Shown: positions 26,301 through 40,623 of the stretch, piece after piece
How positions within the stretch are numbered: the first letter of the stretch is position 1
Layout: each line of letters starts with the position of its first letter
From: Lingula anatina
Taxonomy: Eukaryota > Animalia > Brachiopoda
Length of the DNA: 64,000 nt
Direction: 5' to 3'
Assembly (NCBI GenBank): GCA_051362555.1
Contig: CM120642.1
Span: 23,808,001-23,872,000 of the forward strand
Program-made: the position numbers and the translations under genes
The notes under the pieces: generated by a model
Databases searched by the model: none
What the model saw: only the letters and a program-made list of their open reading frames with translations
What the model was told of the DNA's origin: nothing

Positions 26301-29300
26301 CCATATGAATAAAATCACGTCACTGTTGAAATCAGTATTCATTTTGTAAATGTTCAGGATTCGTTGATAGATCTAATATGTGTTCCCCTATCTTCCCCCT
26401 TACTCTATCTGCCAGTGCATGTATGAAATGTTTCATCATCAGTTGCTTGAACAGTAAATACACTCTCTCTTATCCTGTGTTAGCTTTATTTGCTATAACA
26501 TATTATTTCCATGGACTGTTCCAATATAATGAGTCCGAAGCCTTTCATGACTCCATACAGGTTGAACCTTTTGGACCCCTTTTTTTGGATATTGGAAGTT
26601 CTGAACAAATTCAGCTTTTGAGGTTCTTTCGTAACAGATTTAAGAATCTGAGATGGTTTGCATTAGTGCATGTTTTTATTTTGCAAACTAAATTTCCTTT
26701 GGATGGAGCAGTGGTGCCGTGTCAGTGTGTCATCTTATAGTTACGAAATAACTGAGAAATGGGTACATTTTGTTGTGGAATAAAAGTCAACACTCACTGT
26801 ATAGGTCCATGTCCAAAAGGGTATTTTGATTTGGTAGAATTTTTTGTTGAAGAGTCACATACAATCTATTCATGACAGCCATTCTTCACTAACATGTTTT
26901 ATAATATGGGTTTGTGTCATTTCCCCATCCTGTATAAATTATCTATGTTGTCATGTTTTGATAGGGTTGATCAACTGCAATATTCAATGACAGCTCTGCA
27001 GCATCCTTTAGGCAGATGGATACATTTGGATCTATTTCCGTATCCACTTAGGGACCATTCCCACAGATATTTGGATCGATTTATCTCCCTGGGGAGTCTC
27101 AATAATTGTCAACGTAACTGTCTTAAATGTCTGTCGCACCTGGTAAAGCTGTTTGGGGGTAAATATCTTCACCCCATAGCTGATTCGGTAGGCATGACAG
27201 ACATTTAAGCAGGTTAGTTGATAGCTGTTTAGGGAGACTCCCCAGGGAGTTAGACCGATCCAGATGGATCGATCAAGGCATCCCAGGAAACCCAGTCATA
27301 GATAATGCAGAAATAAAGATGGTTAAGTTATGAGATCATGTCACATCAAAAATACATTGGGGTGAATTTGCTTGTTCAAGCTGATAACATAACAACAGCG
27401 TTTTTCAGTTGAAAATTGTATTTTAGAGTTAAAAGAGATATCCTTCTATTGAACAGAATGAGCTTTCAGGTGCAGGCCATATTTGAGCTCTTTGTGAACA
27501 GAGCCTTTGTAATGATCTCTCTTGGGGTAAAACAGAACTGCTCCAGTGAAGTCATCTGAGCTAACCTGAAGTGTGACTAGAAGGTGTGCAAGAATTTGCA
27601 TGAAGTGGTACTATTAAGGGTTAAACTCTACTCACTGGGTATGTCAGCTCAGAAACCAGGGCTTGAAAACTTGAAAACATTGCAAATTGCAACTGCATTC
27701 AAACATGGCGATCCAAGGCGTTGCAATTTGCAAATGAGTGCAATATCATTGCTTGTTTCGAGGCTGTTATTTGCAATGAGTAAATGCCATCGAGGTGCCT
27801 TTTTGTGTGCATAATTCATCATTTTACAGTGGCTCTGATGTCATTAAACATGTTGGCAAGTTTTGGTTGCTTGTCATAAAAGCACATAACAAAGCATGGA
27901 AGTTAATAAAAGATTGAGTCACTCGGTGTAACTAAGGGAGCATTCACATCAAGAAGAGCCGAGGTCTAGTAAGGCCACGACCTAAATATGGCAGACCTAC
28001 ATGAAAGGAAGACCGCTAATCCTGTTAATCCTCCCCACACGTCGTCCCTGCAATGGGGCACAGAAATTAAACATCAGCTCAATTCAATCGGTCGAGGGAC
28101 AACGTGTGGGGAGGCATGTCAGAGGCGGAGAGACCATTACGGATTAGCTGTCTTCCTTTCATGTAGGTCCGCCATATTGAGGTCGTGGCCTTACTAGACC
28201 TTGACTCTTCTCAATGTGAATGCTCCCTAATAAAAAGGATGAAACTGAAACCATGAGATCCCAATGTCTCAAAACTTTGTTTTGACTCACTTTGTATGTG
28301 AGGATTGCTTTGTATATGGAATATTATTCCATCAAAGACAAAAATTTACATTGATAAACATTTCATACAGAGATGTTTTATAATGCATAGAAATTTTAAA
28401 TCAAACATTTAAATCAAACACTTATTGATATTTTCTGATGAAAATCCATCTGTGAAGTGATGATAATCATAAGTTTAAACTTTTAACATTTTACACAAAA
28501 AAGCAGACACAATTTAAGCATTAAGTCATACCATGGCCTTCCTCAGTATGAGTTGTTATGAGACTAAGCACTACTCTCCAGTGTATCAGTAATAGTATCA
28601 GTCCATAATAAGACACTCACTAATTGAATGGAGGGAAAATTGCAATGATAATACCTAACAACTTTGATAAACTACAGATGATATTGTTATGACATTTTAT
28701 AAGTGTCAAACACTTCAAATCTTAACTGTATTTGTAATTGCAACATGTAGAGTTAGGCTTTAATTACTGATATTATTAATATTTATAATTATCATCATTA
28801 ATATTATAATTGCACATTCATCTACACAGCTGCTGTGGTGCAATTGAAAAGACTTCCAGTTAGCAAATGTGTGTCATCTGCCATTATTTTAACCCAACTC
28901 CAAATCCTGCAAAATCCCATTATATCATAGGCTAAGTCATGAGACTTACCATGAGAATATTCCAGGGGCAATTAAATGCTAATAAAATGTTATACTGCCT
29001 TTGCTGGATATTGTTTTTCAATTTGCTGTGAAGGAATTATAAATGACATTATTTTTTATGGCAAGTGTTACGAACGATTGATTTGACTTAAATAAAGAGA
29101 GCTCCTTGACTCCCTTGATGCAATTATGTTATTTTCTGAAGTGATCCTCTCTTGCATATATATATTTTAGTGATATTCTTGTTCACATAACCTTCAGAAA
29201 GGTCTTTTTCTGCACTTTAATATTATATGGCTCAGATATTTCAATGACACCCATCAAGATACCCATCACTGGCTCGAATTGATAGTAAGCCATTAGCTAC

Positions 29301-31193
29301 TTTTTAAGAGCTTGATAGATATATCAAGAGAAGCATGTGATTTGCATTGAGTAGATATATAGATATTTAGGCTGAAAGCTGCCATGACTACAAATAAACC
29401 CAGGTGATTGCTGAATAACTACAGTCTGCCTTACTACTGTAATTATGATGCAAGTGAGAAAAACACAATTAAAGGCATTCTCCTAAAGATTAACCCTCCA
29501 AAATCAATTTTCCTTGAGAAAAGGGCGATTTTTTTTCCCTGTCTCAAATCATTGCTCAACCTGCCCCTGCACTTGGATTCTATGTTTTATTCTATTCTTA
29601 ATTTAATAATTTAGTGCTAAATGACTTGGCAGTCATTTAGAACAACATCTGTTCTCAGGATTTTCATGGGCATGGCCACATTTTCACACAAGAAAATGGT
29701 GGTATCATGGCCCTGTGTCGTGTATGGTACGAATGATGCCAGCTGTCATGGCTACCTGAAAAGGCGAAGAAGAAAATAGGACACTGCATACGCTTCCTGT
29801 ACACTTTTATTTACTAGTACTAGTAAAGAGTTTTATCATCTTTTATCTTAATTCATATTGTCTTTATTATCTAAGGTCTGAATTGGGAAATATAAGAAGA
29901 TTGTAGGATATTACTGTGGGGATTTTAAACCCTGTAGAGAGTACCTTTACAGTATATTACGCATTTGATATCAGCACTGAAAAGCCATGTTGATATAAGA
30001 ATAAGTGTTCGCTTCTTCTAACAAAGCAACAATGGGAAAATGGTGGCATGGATATAGACATAGCATTTGCCAATAACAGCCCTGTCTACAAGATACATTG
30101 GCCAGACAAGATCACAATTGAGGATCTGTGAGAGAGTTGAACAAGAACCAGTGGCCAAGGTGATTCTGGGGCTGGATCATGTAAACAGCACTCAGCACCA
30201 CATGCCATTCCCTGACTGGGAACCCCCAGGGCAAGAGGAAACGATTCTGGTCTCGAAACTGCTGGAGGTGAGCAACTGGAGCAGAACAGAAGCAACATGG
30301 GATCAACCGGACAGGAGCAGCGAGAGAAGTCCAGGGTTGTCGATGGCCTCTGCCCATCCATGGTAGTAAGTAGTTAATAGCCCTCTGAAAGCTACATTTA
30401 AAAAATTGAACAAAGTCTTGTTGCCAAGGCTGATTGGGAGGCACTTCTTAAGAAACGAGTGTCAATACAAGCACATTTAAGTAGTGCTTGTTAACAAGAC
30501 AGTCCACAACCAAATCTTAAGCTGGAGGTAATCACTAACGCACAACATTTTCTTTAACATATAATTTCTCTAATAATTATGAAATGTGATTTATTCAAAT
30601 GGAACATAATATTTTAGGGAATGATGATATTAAGGACCTGGATGGCAGTTTGCAAGATGAGTACCAGTAAAGGAAGAAGTAACACCATTAACTGCTTCAC
30701 AGTACCTGTTAGAGGTGGACATTTGAAAAAAGGTGCAAATGTAATCAACAATATAGTCATGAACTACCTCAGTGCTGCATCTGTATCCATGGTGAATTGA
30801 ATGAGCTGCTTTTGAGAAACCTATATTTGTAGCACATGGGAGATATTTTCTCAGTCTAGTACTAGTAATTGTATTATATTGGCAAGAGCGGGAGCTATCC
30901 TGTTGGGCAATGAATTGAAAAATTTGCATGTTCTGTATGGAAGCAAGCCACCAGAAATAAATCATACGTTTTGCAATTAATTTTAGATGTGTTGCAGCCC
31001 AACTGATTGGTAACTAATACCTTTTAGTGTGATGTGCAAATGCAGAAAAGGTAGGGGTTCAGAAAATGAATGATATCTCTTGGATACGGTATTAGAAAAA
31101 AATAGTATAGCTAATATAGAGATTCAGTTTGATGAAAAAAATTTCCAAAAAATTCTGAAATCTTTGCACATAATAAATACAGGAAATGCAGGT

Positions 31194-31233
<40 letters not shown>

Positions 31234-34200
31234 TTCAGGGTGTGAAGCTCCCATTTTTTCTGATTTTCTTGGAAGAATGTTTTTATTTATGGTCTTGAAA
31301 TAATTTGATGTTCCATTTCACATTGATTTGGAAAAAAGTAAGATAATGGAGAATGTGCAGAAAAATTGCTTGTGGATGTCTTTGTCAGTAGTGAACTGGT
31401 TATGAAAGTTAAAAAAATTCTAATACTCCGGTGCCATATTTTTGCCATCTAAAGTGAGAAGCTAATGTTTCTAAAATAAACAAATTCTATATTTGAAAGA
31501 TTTCTCACATTGTTCCAAAGAGTGGCCTGACAATGCCAAATCCTTCTGAAGGTCCTGTAGAGGTGCTAGAAACAAAGTGCACTGGAAGCGAGTGCATTGA
31601 CTTCAGTTGACGATGCCACTCGAAAAGCACTTGGAACTTCGAAGGTTGATAAAGTCTCGTTTTCCTGGGTATCCAGTCATTGCTGGTTTTCAGTTGCAAG
31701 TCTTGTTTCAAAATGACGTTGAAGTGGATTCTCTGCAAGGGATTCAAGGCATTGAAAAATATGGGAACACTAATTTTCAGTCAGTCACTGCTACCAGTCA
31801 TTCCATGAAGTAGTCAAATCAGGATTTGCTTGGCACAGTCAAATGTTGAATCTTAAAGAAGTCTCTAAATCAATGCAGTAGTTGTTAATTAATTTTGGGC
31901 ATCTCTGGGATAATCCATTATTGTTGCAACCTGGTCCATATTTAGTGAAAGAAGTTGTACAATCATGATTTAGGTGTTTCCCTGAGAAAGTACCAATCCA
32001 AAGGATGTGAAGCTATCCATCAAGTTGGCCCATGTAGCATTTCAAGTGAGTTTGGAGGAAGAAAGACATGGGCTGGAAAGGAAGAAAAAAGGACACATAA
32101 AAGAGAGAGGAAGCAAAAAATAAAGTTGTGTGAAAAAAAAAGAGAATGAAGAAGCTGAAATGGAATCGGTAGCAAGGAAAAGGCTGATCACGACAGATGA
32201 GCTGTTCAGTGATGTCACAGCCAAGCTGCATGAGTCGATCTCTTGCTTGCAAAGATGTATACAAACTAAGTGAGAGTGTAACAGCCATGGAAGCTAAGTG
32301 GGTAAAAGCTATACTGCACCTAAATGAAATCAGAGACAAACAGGGTGCTTGACAACAAGACTTTAAAATTGCTGGGAAAAGCCATGTCAGCAGTCAAGTA
32401 CACATTGGGGATAAAAAAAGAGTCCAGTGAAGATGTTAATTATTCAGCTGCAGAGAAATCCAAAAAATCTTAAATGATGTCATTTTGTGATCATTTTAAA
32501 ACAAATTGTTTGGACAATATAAGTACTAGTACAATGTATGAAATGCACGTTCTTTTGCAACTTAGATATGTTACAATAACAGTATTTTATAGTTAGTATT
32601 TTATATTGTTTTTAGTAATGTTTAATGATTGATTGATGAACATTTTAGTTGTACTGTAACTTGAAGAAAAAAGATGTGGGGTGGGCTGCTATTGCTTCAG
32701 GGGTGTTGGAAGGCCATCTTTATTGTAATATAATTCCTATTTTTGTTATACATTAGCAGTAGAATTCCCATTTTTTCTGAGGTTCTATTACACCCATTTT
32801 TTTGGCTAGTCATTATTGTGTTAAAACTTTTTTGTCTATTTGACTCACTAGTCCCACCGTTTATTGTTTAGTTGAAGTGAAACATGCACCTCTCCTCCAC
32901 TAACTAGTACACTGATGACATTGTTATGGATATGTTTGTCCACATGCTTCTTTCAGTGTCTTTAAATTTTTCTTTTCTATGGACCACTTTATGTCTGAGT
33001 TTAGAAGAGTTAAGCTGATCACATTAAAAACTGACACTGGTGGTACCCAAAATCATGCATGTTTCGAAGTTTAAGGCTGTATTCCCAGAGCTTTTAGATC
33101 GATCTATCCCCGCGGGGAGTCTCACTAGATTACTGTCAGATAATCCTGCTTAAATGTCCGTCCCGCCTACTATAAGCTGTAAGGGGGTAATTAACTTTCG
33201 TGACCGCCCAGCTGACAGCTATTTAGCGTGAACCCCCAGGGAGTTAGGTCGATCTATAGTAGATCGATCTAATCTCTGGAAATGTGGTCAAAGAGAAATC
33301 AAAATATTGTGATAGCCAAAAAGAAAAAAGTGCTTTGGTGTGACTTACCTGAATGGTGACATATGCAGATCATTCTTGATTTTATTTTGAAATGCAGTTT
33401 CCAAATGGACTTTTTAAATGTCAAAATGCTTTTTTCTGTCTAAAGCACCAGAGTTCTTTTAAAATGAAGGCTGCATGTATTTTAACACTCACTTATGGCT
33501 GGTGATTTTCCTATCATGGTATTTCTCAAGGCCATCGGGCATGCTCACTGACAAACCATGAAAGTCTACTCCTGTTTGTAATTCTGTAAAATTATATGAG
33601 CTCTTTGGTGTCATGAAAAAAGAAGGATTGTCTACTTTGTTTTACGACGATCTCAGTGGCTTCTCGATTGTTGTGCACACAATGAATCTTTTGCCATCAT
33701 GACTTTTCAGTTCAAGACTTTACAAGGATAATTTTTTACAGAGAAGAAAGTGAGAAATTAAAGAAAGAGAAATGACACGCAATGCCTTTTGTATTAAATT
33801 TTTTTCACTGTGACAAAGCATTTTTTAGAGATATGACAGAATTTTATAATGGGGATGGTTGTCACCATTCAATATAAAGGAGGATGCCTTGCATTATGCA
33901 TAGGTCTAGAATTTTAATTGAAATTGGTAAATTTTGGGGAGAGTCATTTGGGTGGATTAATATTTGTTTTGACCTCTTGTGACCTCGTTCAGAATCAGAC
34001 CACCTTAGGGAGTATTTTGAACCCATTGTTTTGCTGTCTGGTAGTATTGTGATGTCTGCATACATGGCTGTCCTTGCCATTGCTTCATGTCATAAAGGGG
34101 AACAGGACATCAATATTTTGCAGCATCCTGCCATTCAAGAACTAATGAAAAAATCTCTGTAATATCACGATTTTAGATATCCTCTTTCTGTAATAAAGGG

Positions 34201-36257
34201 AATGACTGAATACCACAAATAAATTATTTGAAAGAACTGCAACCTGTTGGTTGAAGAAGTATTGTGATAACGTGTTCTTTAAACTGACGCCTTCATTTTG
34301 TGTTTGATAGCAAAGAAATAAGTCTGTAAATAATTTTATACCCTTACTATTTACCTAAATGTATTTGCCAGTGAGAAGTGATAAGTAATAGATATTACAC
34401 GGGTCAGTTAAGTGTTTGAGATAAACATAAGTGCCAAGCAGAAGTGGATGCCATGTACATTTTGCCGATGGTTGGTGTATTTGACTTCTACTGCAATCGA
34501 AATCAAGAACAAAATCTCCAAAACTGGAACACCTCACATTTTTTTGTGGGATATGCTCGTATGCTAAATATGCAGCACATTTTGGTCTCCCGTTCTTGAC
34601 ATCTGCCATTGTATTAAAGTACTTGCACCCTGGTGATTATCACATGTACTTGTAAGAGTGGACAAACATGGACCTTTAGAAGGTCAGACCCCCTATATAT
34701 GAGGTGGTCAGCTGAGCCAAGTTTACCACTTGAACTGAAGTGACCGTCGATTACAATCACATACGTAATTGTGTACCTGTTCAGAGGCCTGTCTAGAGTA
34801 TTGAATGCTATAGGTAGGAGAGTTGTTCTTCAATATTTTTATGATTTAGTTCAAGTTAGCCAACTTTTTTTTCTCTTTTTTTGTTTATTTTATTATATTT
34901 TATAACATGTTATAATTTTATTAAATTTGTATAGAACAAGCTATGTAGTTCTGAATGTTGGATGGAGAAAGAGGCTAACATGGCGTGAGTACTTCAATAC
35001 AGCATATGAAGAGAAAGGCACGGAGTGGAGGGTGGGAGTAGAAATAAAAGTGTAATAAAAACACTATCTCTATTTAAAAATCAATGTTACAATTGGTAAG
35101 AGGACTGGTTTTCAGCTAACGAAAGGCTAGCATCAGAAGTTCTGGAGTTCCATTAAAAAAAAACAAATTGGTCTTAATTTTTAGACAAAAGGTTTGGCCT
35201 CCTTCAGGTCAAAATAAATCCATGTAGTGATCCACTTGATTACACAAATAATTGTTTCTGAATTGAATCTTATTGTAAGTTCTAAGTTTTTAATTTTTAA
35301 GGGCACCCTCCTAATGAAGATGGTAACAGGTTCATTTCATTTGTATCACTCAAAATCATAAGATTAAAAGCTGGAGCCTGTCTGAATGCCATTAAGAAAC
35401 TCTCTGGCTTTCATAAATGTTTCCCTTCCGCTTATATATTTTTATAAAATATGTCATGTCTGATGTCCCTGACAGGTTGTTAAGACTTGTTTAATGGTGT
35501 TTGGCATGGGATATATCAGTACTACGTAGTTATGTTTTCGGCTCACACTAGAATATAAACTTGACTTCATGTGCTATAAAAGTTTTGAGTCAAAATTACA
35601 TATATAGTCATTACTGTACATGAACCCACTGTCATTCCGTCCTTTGTATATTGCAGCTTTCTTATTTAGATTATTTGATAACAGAGGCACAGTTCAGCTT
35701 TTTAATTGCTGGGACTTAAATACAGGTTATCTTTTAAAATATGCTTCTTCAGTAGGTCTTCTAAATACTAACAGTAAGAATATCTTGTGTGTCTGTTCTT
35801 CTAGTTTCAAATGCTACCCAGTCACTGTCTGATTCACCCTCTTTGCCATATTTCTACTTGACAAAAAGAATTTATGTTTTAATTTTTATTTACTGTTTGG
35901 TAAAATGCAAAGTAAATGCAAAAAATTGCATAATCATATTATATTTACTATATTATTGCACTTTTTTGTAGTATTTTTGTTTAGTTTGAAATTAAATGAG
36001 GATTTTTATACTGAGAAAATGTAGAGTATGGTACTGGTTTTATTGGATACAATTATTTTTTCAGTCTCTTAAGATGCTCAATTCTGTTCTGCTAAGATCA
36101 TAACCAGTCTTTTCTAACACAATCCTGTTGTGACAAAATCACATCCGTTGTTTTTTCAAAAACAGTCTTGTTTTGAGAAAATCATAACCAATGTCTTTTC
36201 TAACACAATCCCTTTGTGATAAAATCACACCCAATGATATTTTGTAACACAAGAGAT

Positions 36258-36316
<59 letters not shown>

Positions 36317-37017
36317 GTGTGAACCAGTATTTCATGAACTGTTGCTATGCAGCTGAGAAAAACTTTGTACGGATGCAATTATAACATTTGATGATTAACC
36401 AGAAAACCAGTGTTTTTATACCTGCTGTAGGATTTCTTGGCCCTAGGTTGAAAGTGGACCATTCTGTATCGAAGGCCCCATCCAGAATGATGATCCAAGT
36501 ATGATGATCTGCCAACTAAATAAGGCCGACCACACCTCAAAAGAAATGCCGCATTCCGAATGGTCTCCCCACTTCCAGACACGCCATGGCTGCAGGAGCC
36601 CAGCAATTAAACCTCAGAACCGAGAATAAATCCGTTTCATGGTGTGTGTGGAGGTGGGGAGACCATGTGGAATCAGCAGCATCGCTTTTGAATTGTGGTC
36701 GGCCATATTGAGTTGGTGGATCAGTAAGTACTCGGATCAACTATTCTGAATGGGGCCAAATTAGCACTCATGTTTTCATATGGTCAGTGCCAAAGATGGT
36801 AATGAAATTCTGGTCCTTGATTACATGACTGATGTGTCAATGTGAGTTTTAGAATTTGGCATGAAGAGTTTCTCAGGGGCAAAAGCATTTTGTCAGTTTA
36901 AAAATGTTGTTCTTAATTTAACCATCTTTACATAAGAAACCTTGATTATACAGTGAAAAAGCTGGGTCAAAGAATAGTCAAACAAATGTATGAATAAGTG
37001 CTTGTTGAACATTCCAT

Positions 37018-37052
<35 letters not shown>

Positions 37053-40000
37053 ATATTTTAAAAGGGTTCTATCAGCTATAATCTAGGCCAGGGGAAGAAC
37101 AGTAAAATTTGACATATTTTCAAACAATGCAAACAAAAATTGATAAAGGTTTGTTTTTTTAAGCAAACAGAACAAGGCTAAGAGGCAGCAAACAATAGAG
37201 CTGTAAGTGTTTTAAAAAGTGTTTCCATATGAATGTCTCTATGCATATTTTGTGAATGTACAGGAGTGTGTGTGTATGTGTGTGCATGTGGGTTCGTTTG
37301 TATGAATGCTCATTTCAATGGAAAGGGGTTCTACTAGGTGCTTGTGTCTGGACTGTGAAGTGGATCTTCTTATATAACACGGATGATGTCACTCAGTGTG
37401 ACATTGGAGAATGATGATAACGATGAATGGTGAGGAGAAGGGGGTATAATATCTTGATTCAAATTATGGATGGGTTGGTTTAATCGGAAAAAGTGAGTGA
37501 GGGATGATGAACATTGGTGTAATAGTGGGTGCCGGTAGAACAGCTGGTTTGGGGCAGTGTAGTAAAGAAGCAATGGTGAAATATGATGAGTAGCACGTTT
37601 ATTATGTAATTATCACGCAACATAAGGGCAACTGAACTGGAAGGTCAGACTGACATTTTGTGTCTGAAAAATCTGGGTAAATAAGCTTATCTGTTTACTA
37701 AAATTGGCTCCTGAAAATGTTCTAAATTAGGACGTCATACATCACAACTGATTTTGCCATTTGAATGCGGTATTTGCATTGTCTTGGAAAGAGAATTGAG
37801 AGAGTCAAAAGATGCAAGACTACTTTATGTTTGCTTTTGCTTCAATCAGCTCTCTTTGTAGGAAAAAGAGAATACTCCTGTAGTCTAAGTGTCTTGTGCA
37901 AAGGGGATTGTCGATAATGTGTTATCATATATATTATATATGCTTGATCTAGTGTTGGAATCCTTACTTGAGCTTTATTGCTGATTGTCAATCCTGATCA
38001 GGTGTGCTCCATACACAATAAAGAGATTTGAAATTAAAAAATTATTGCCACTCACCAGAAATGAATTATGAAAGGAGTGAAACTCTGAGAAGAAGGTAGG
38101 TGGTTTGTAACAGAAATGATGATTATTTCATTCTTTCTGTGATACTGTGAGAGAATGTGTGTACAGCTATTGAGAAGGCGATACATAAGTTATGTCTTGT
38201 TTCACCTCTTGTGCTCGTGCTTGTGTAATGTCTATATACTTGAACACAGTTGTATGAATGACCTTCAGCAAAATGTGAGAAAATGTTCCTCTTAGTCACA
38301 AGAGGGATTCTGCAGCTGATCACTGGGGCCATTCAGAAAAGAAGATCCAAGTATCAACTGGTCCAAGGATCAAATATGACGAACACTGCAGGGGCACTGC
38401 ATGGCTCCATTGTATTTCCTCTGCCAAAAAGAGGCTATCATGTTTTTATTAGCGTTGGTTCAAATGTGGACAAGATATCTCTAAAAGTTCTTCATAAATT
38501 GTTATGCAATAATCAGGATAGACAGTTTTATTTGGAAGGGAAGAAATGGCAACAATTTCATTGAATTCAGGTCTCTTGATATTTTCAACTATTTATTTTA
38601 TTAGATTTTTCATGTTGCCTCTGTGGAAGTCTGCACCTGGAGTTCTCTCCATTCTTTATGTGGCCAAAATCTAGGATAAGCAAGTGAAAGATGTGTTTAA
38701 ACTTGCCAGGGTGACACATTGTATTTATGTATTTCACAATAGAAATTATATTGCATTTTTCACTGACTTTGATTCAGATAAGATATCTACAATATATTTA
38801 GAATTTACTTCTTTTATCACTGTCAGTGTAAACAATGATTGTTTTCACTTTGGAGTCTGTAGGTCGCAGCCGTTGAATTTTTGTTTGTCATGTAACTAAA
38901 ATGTTTTTTGTTTTTCCCTTTTTTTGTGGAGGGGGGATGGAGGAGAGCTGGTTAATTAATTGCAAAATAATGATATGTTTTTTTTTTTTTTTTTTTTTTT
39001 TTGCTGAGTTGCATAGAAATCCTTTCCAGAAAAGTTTCACTAGCTGTGTTCTGCACTCAAAGTTGTTCAAGATAATATTTCCAGTCTGAGACAAAAATTA
39101 ATATGATTTGAAGCTGTTCAACATGTTTCTGAAGGGACCCAGAATGTTTTTTTGGTGTTGGAAAGGTAAGGGGCATCTTATTACCCTCTAACTAACCTCG
39201 GTATTCTTGTTAAATATATAGTGTGAAACTTCTAAATGGCAGGGTGGATAGGCTTTAATTTACACTAATGTCTCAAATGTTGATGTTTCAGGATATTTTA
39301 CTAGAAGCAACTAAGGCTTCATTTAGAATAGGGGACTAACTAGTCCGAGGGTCAAACATGGCTGACCCACTTTAATACTTCTCCGCTGGATAGCTATTCA
39401 GTGTCTATTAGCAGATTAGATAGCAAGCTTTGTAGTGGGTCGCCATATTTGACCCTTGGACTAGTTAGTTCCCTATTCTGAATAGGGCCTAAAACAAACA
39501 GCTTTCAGTATTGTGTAACTGTAGACAATGTGTTATGAATAACTGTGGTTACCCAGGCTTTTTTTGGTGTAGCCAAATATCCGTTTTTATGCTAGGTCAA
39601 TGCTAGGTTATCAAGAAGCACTAGCAGATGATCTGTGGATTAACTGATCTGCAGACTAAATATGGTCGACCCCACTTAAAAGCAAACTGCCTAATCCCCT
39701 GATGGTCTCCCAGCCTCTACACAGTCCCATAAACATTATATATTACTCAGAGGTTTAATAGCCAACTCTGCAGGAATGGCGTGTGTGGAGGCAGGGAGGC
39801 CATCAGAGGATTAAAGGGGATTGCTTTTAAGTGGCTTCAACATATTTAAGGCCATTCAGAATAGATGATCAGAGTACTAACTGATCTGCCTACAAAATAT
39901 GGCCGACTACACTGTAAAAGTGATGCTGCTGATTTCCGATGGTCTCGGCTCCGAGGTTTAATTGCTAGGCTCCTGCAGCAACGGCGCATGTAGAGGCAGG

Positions 40001-40551
40001 GAGACCACCATGGAATATTGGCCCCATCCCTTTTGAAGTGTGGTCGGCCATATTTAGTTGGCTGATCAGTTAGTACTCTGATTATCTATTCTGAATAGCC
40101 CCTTTGATCCCCAGAACAAAGGTTAGTCTGTAGTTCAGTTTGTTCTGAAGGCGCTCATAAGTTACTGTTTCCTTAGATAAGAAATTATCCCCTTTTCATT
40201 AAGTTTTTATAGGTTGTTTGATCCTTAGACGTTACTGCGCATAATAAGTTACTTTCTGGAATGTCCTAATTTAAGCAACTAAACTAATAGCACATTTTTT
40301 TTAAGTGGCAAGTTAATTTCTTGACTCATACTATAATAACAGATAGGCCCTGTCACTTAGAAAGACACTACCAGCCTGTGGCTGTTGGGCAGGGGACTGA
40401 GGAAGACAAAAACGGCCCCAACATTGTTAATCACAATTCCATTGAAGCAAATAAATAAATCCATCTTTCATTGTACATCTTGGCTGTTTTGAAATTTATT
40501 TGCTGATTGTTATTGGTATTTTTCTTCAGAGTTGGATATTGAAGCAGAACT

Positions 40552-40623
<72 letters not shown>

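Noticed and set aside
26300-26940. 120-aa ORF and gag-like fragment (KHFIHALAD) on the opposite strand
   Set aside because: No recognisable domain and many stops; perhaps an old TE, but not supportable.
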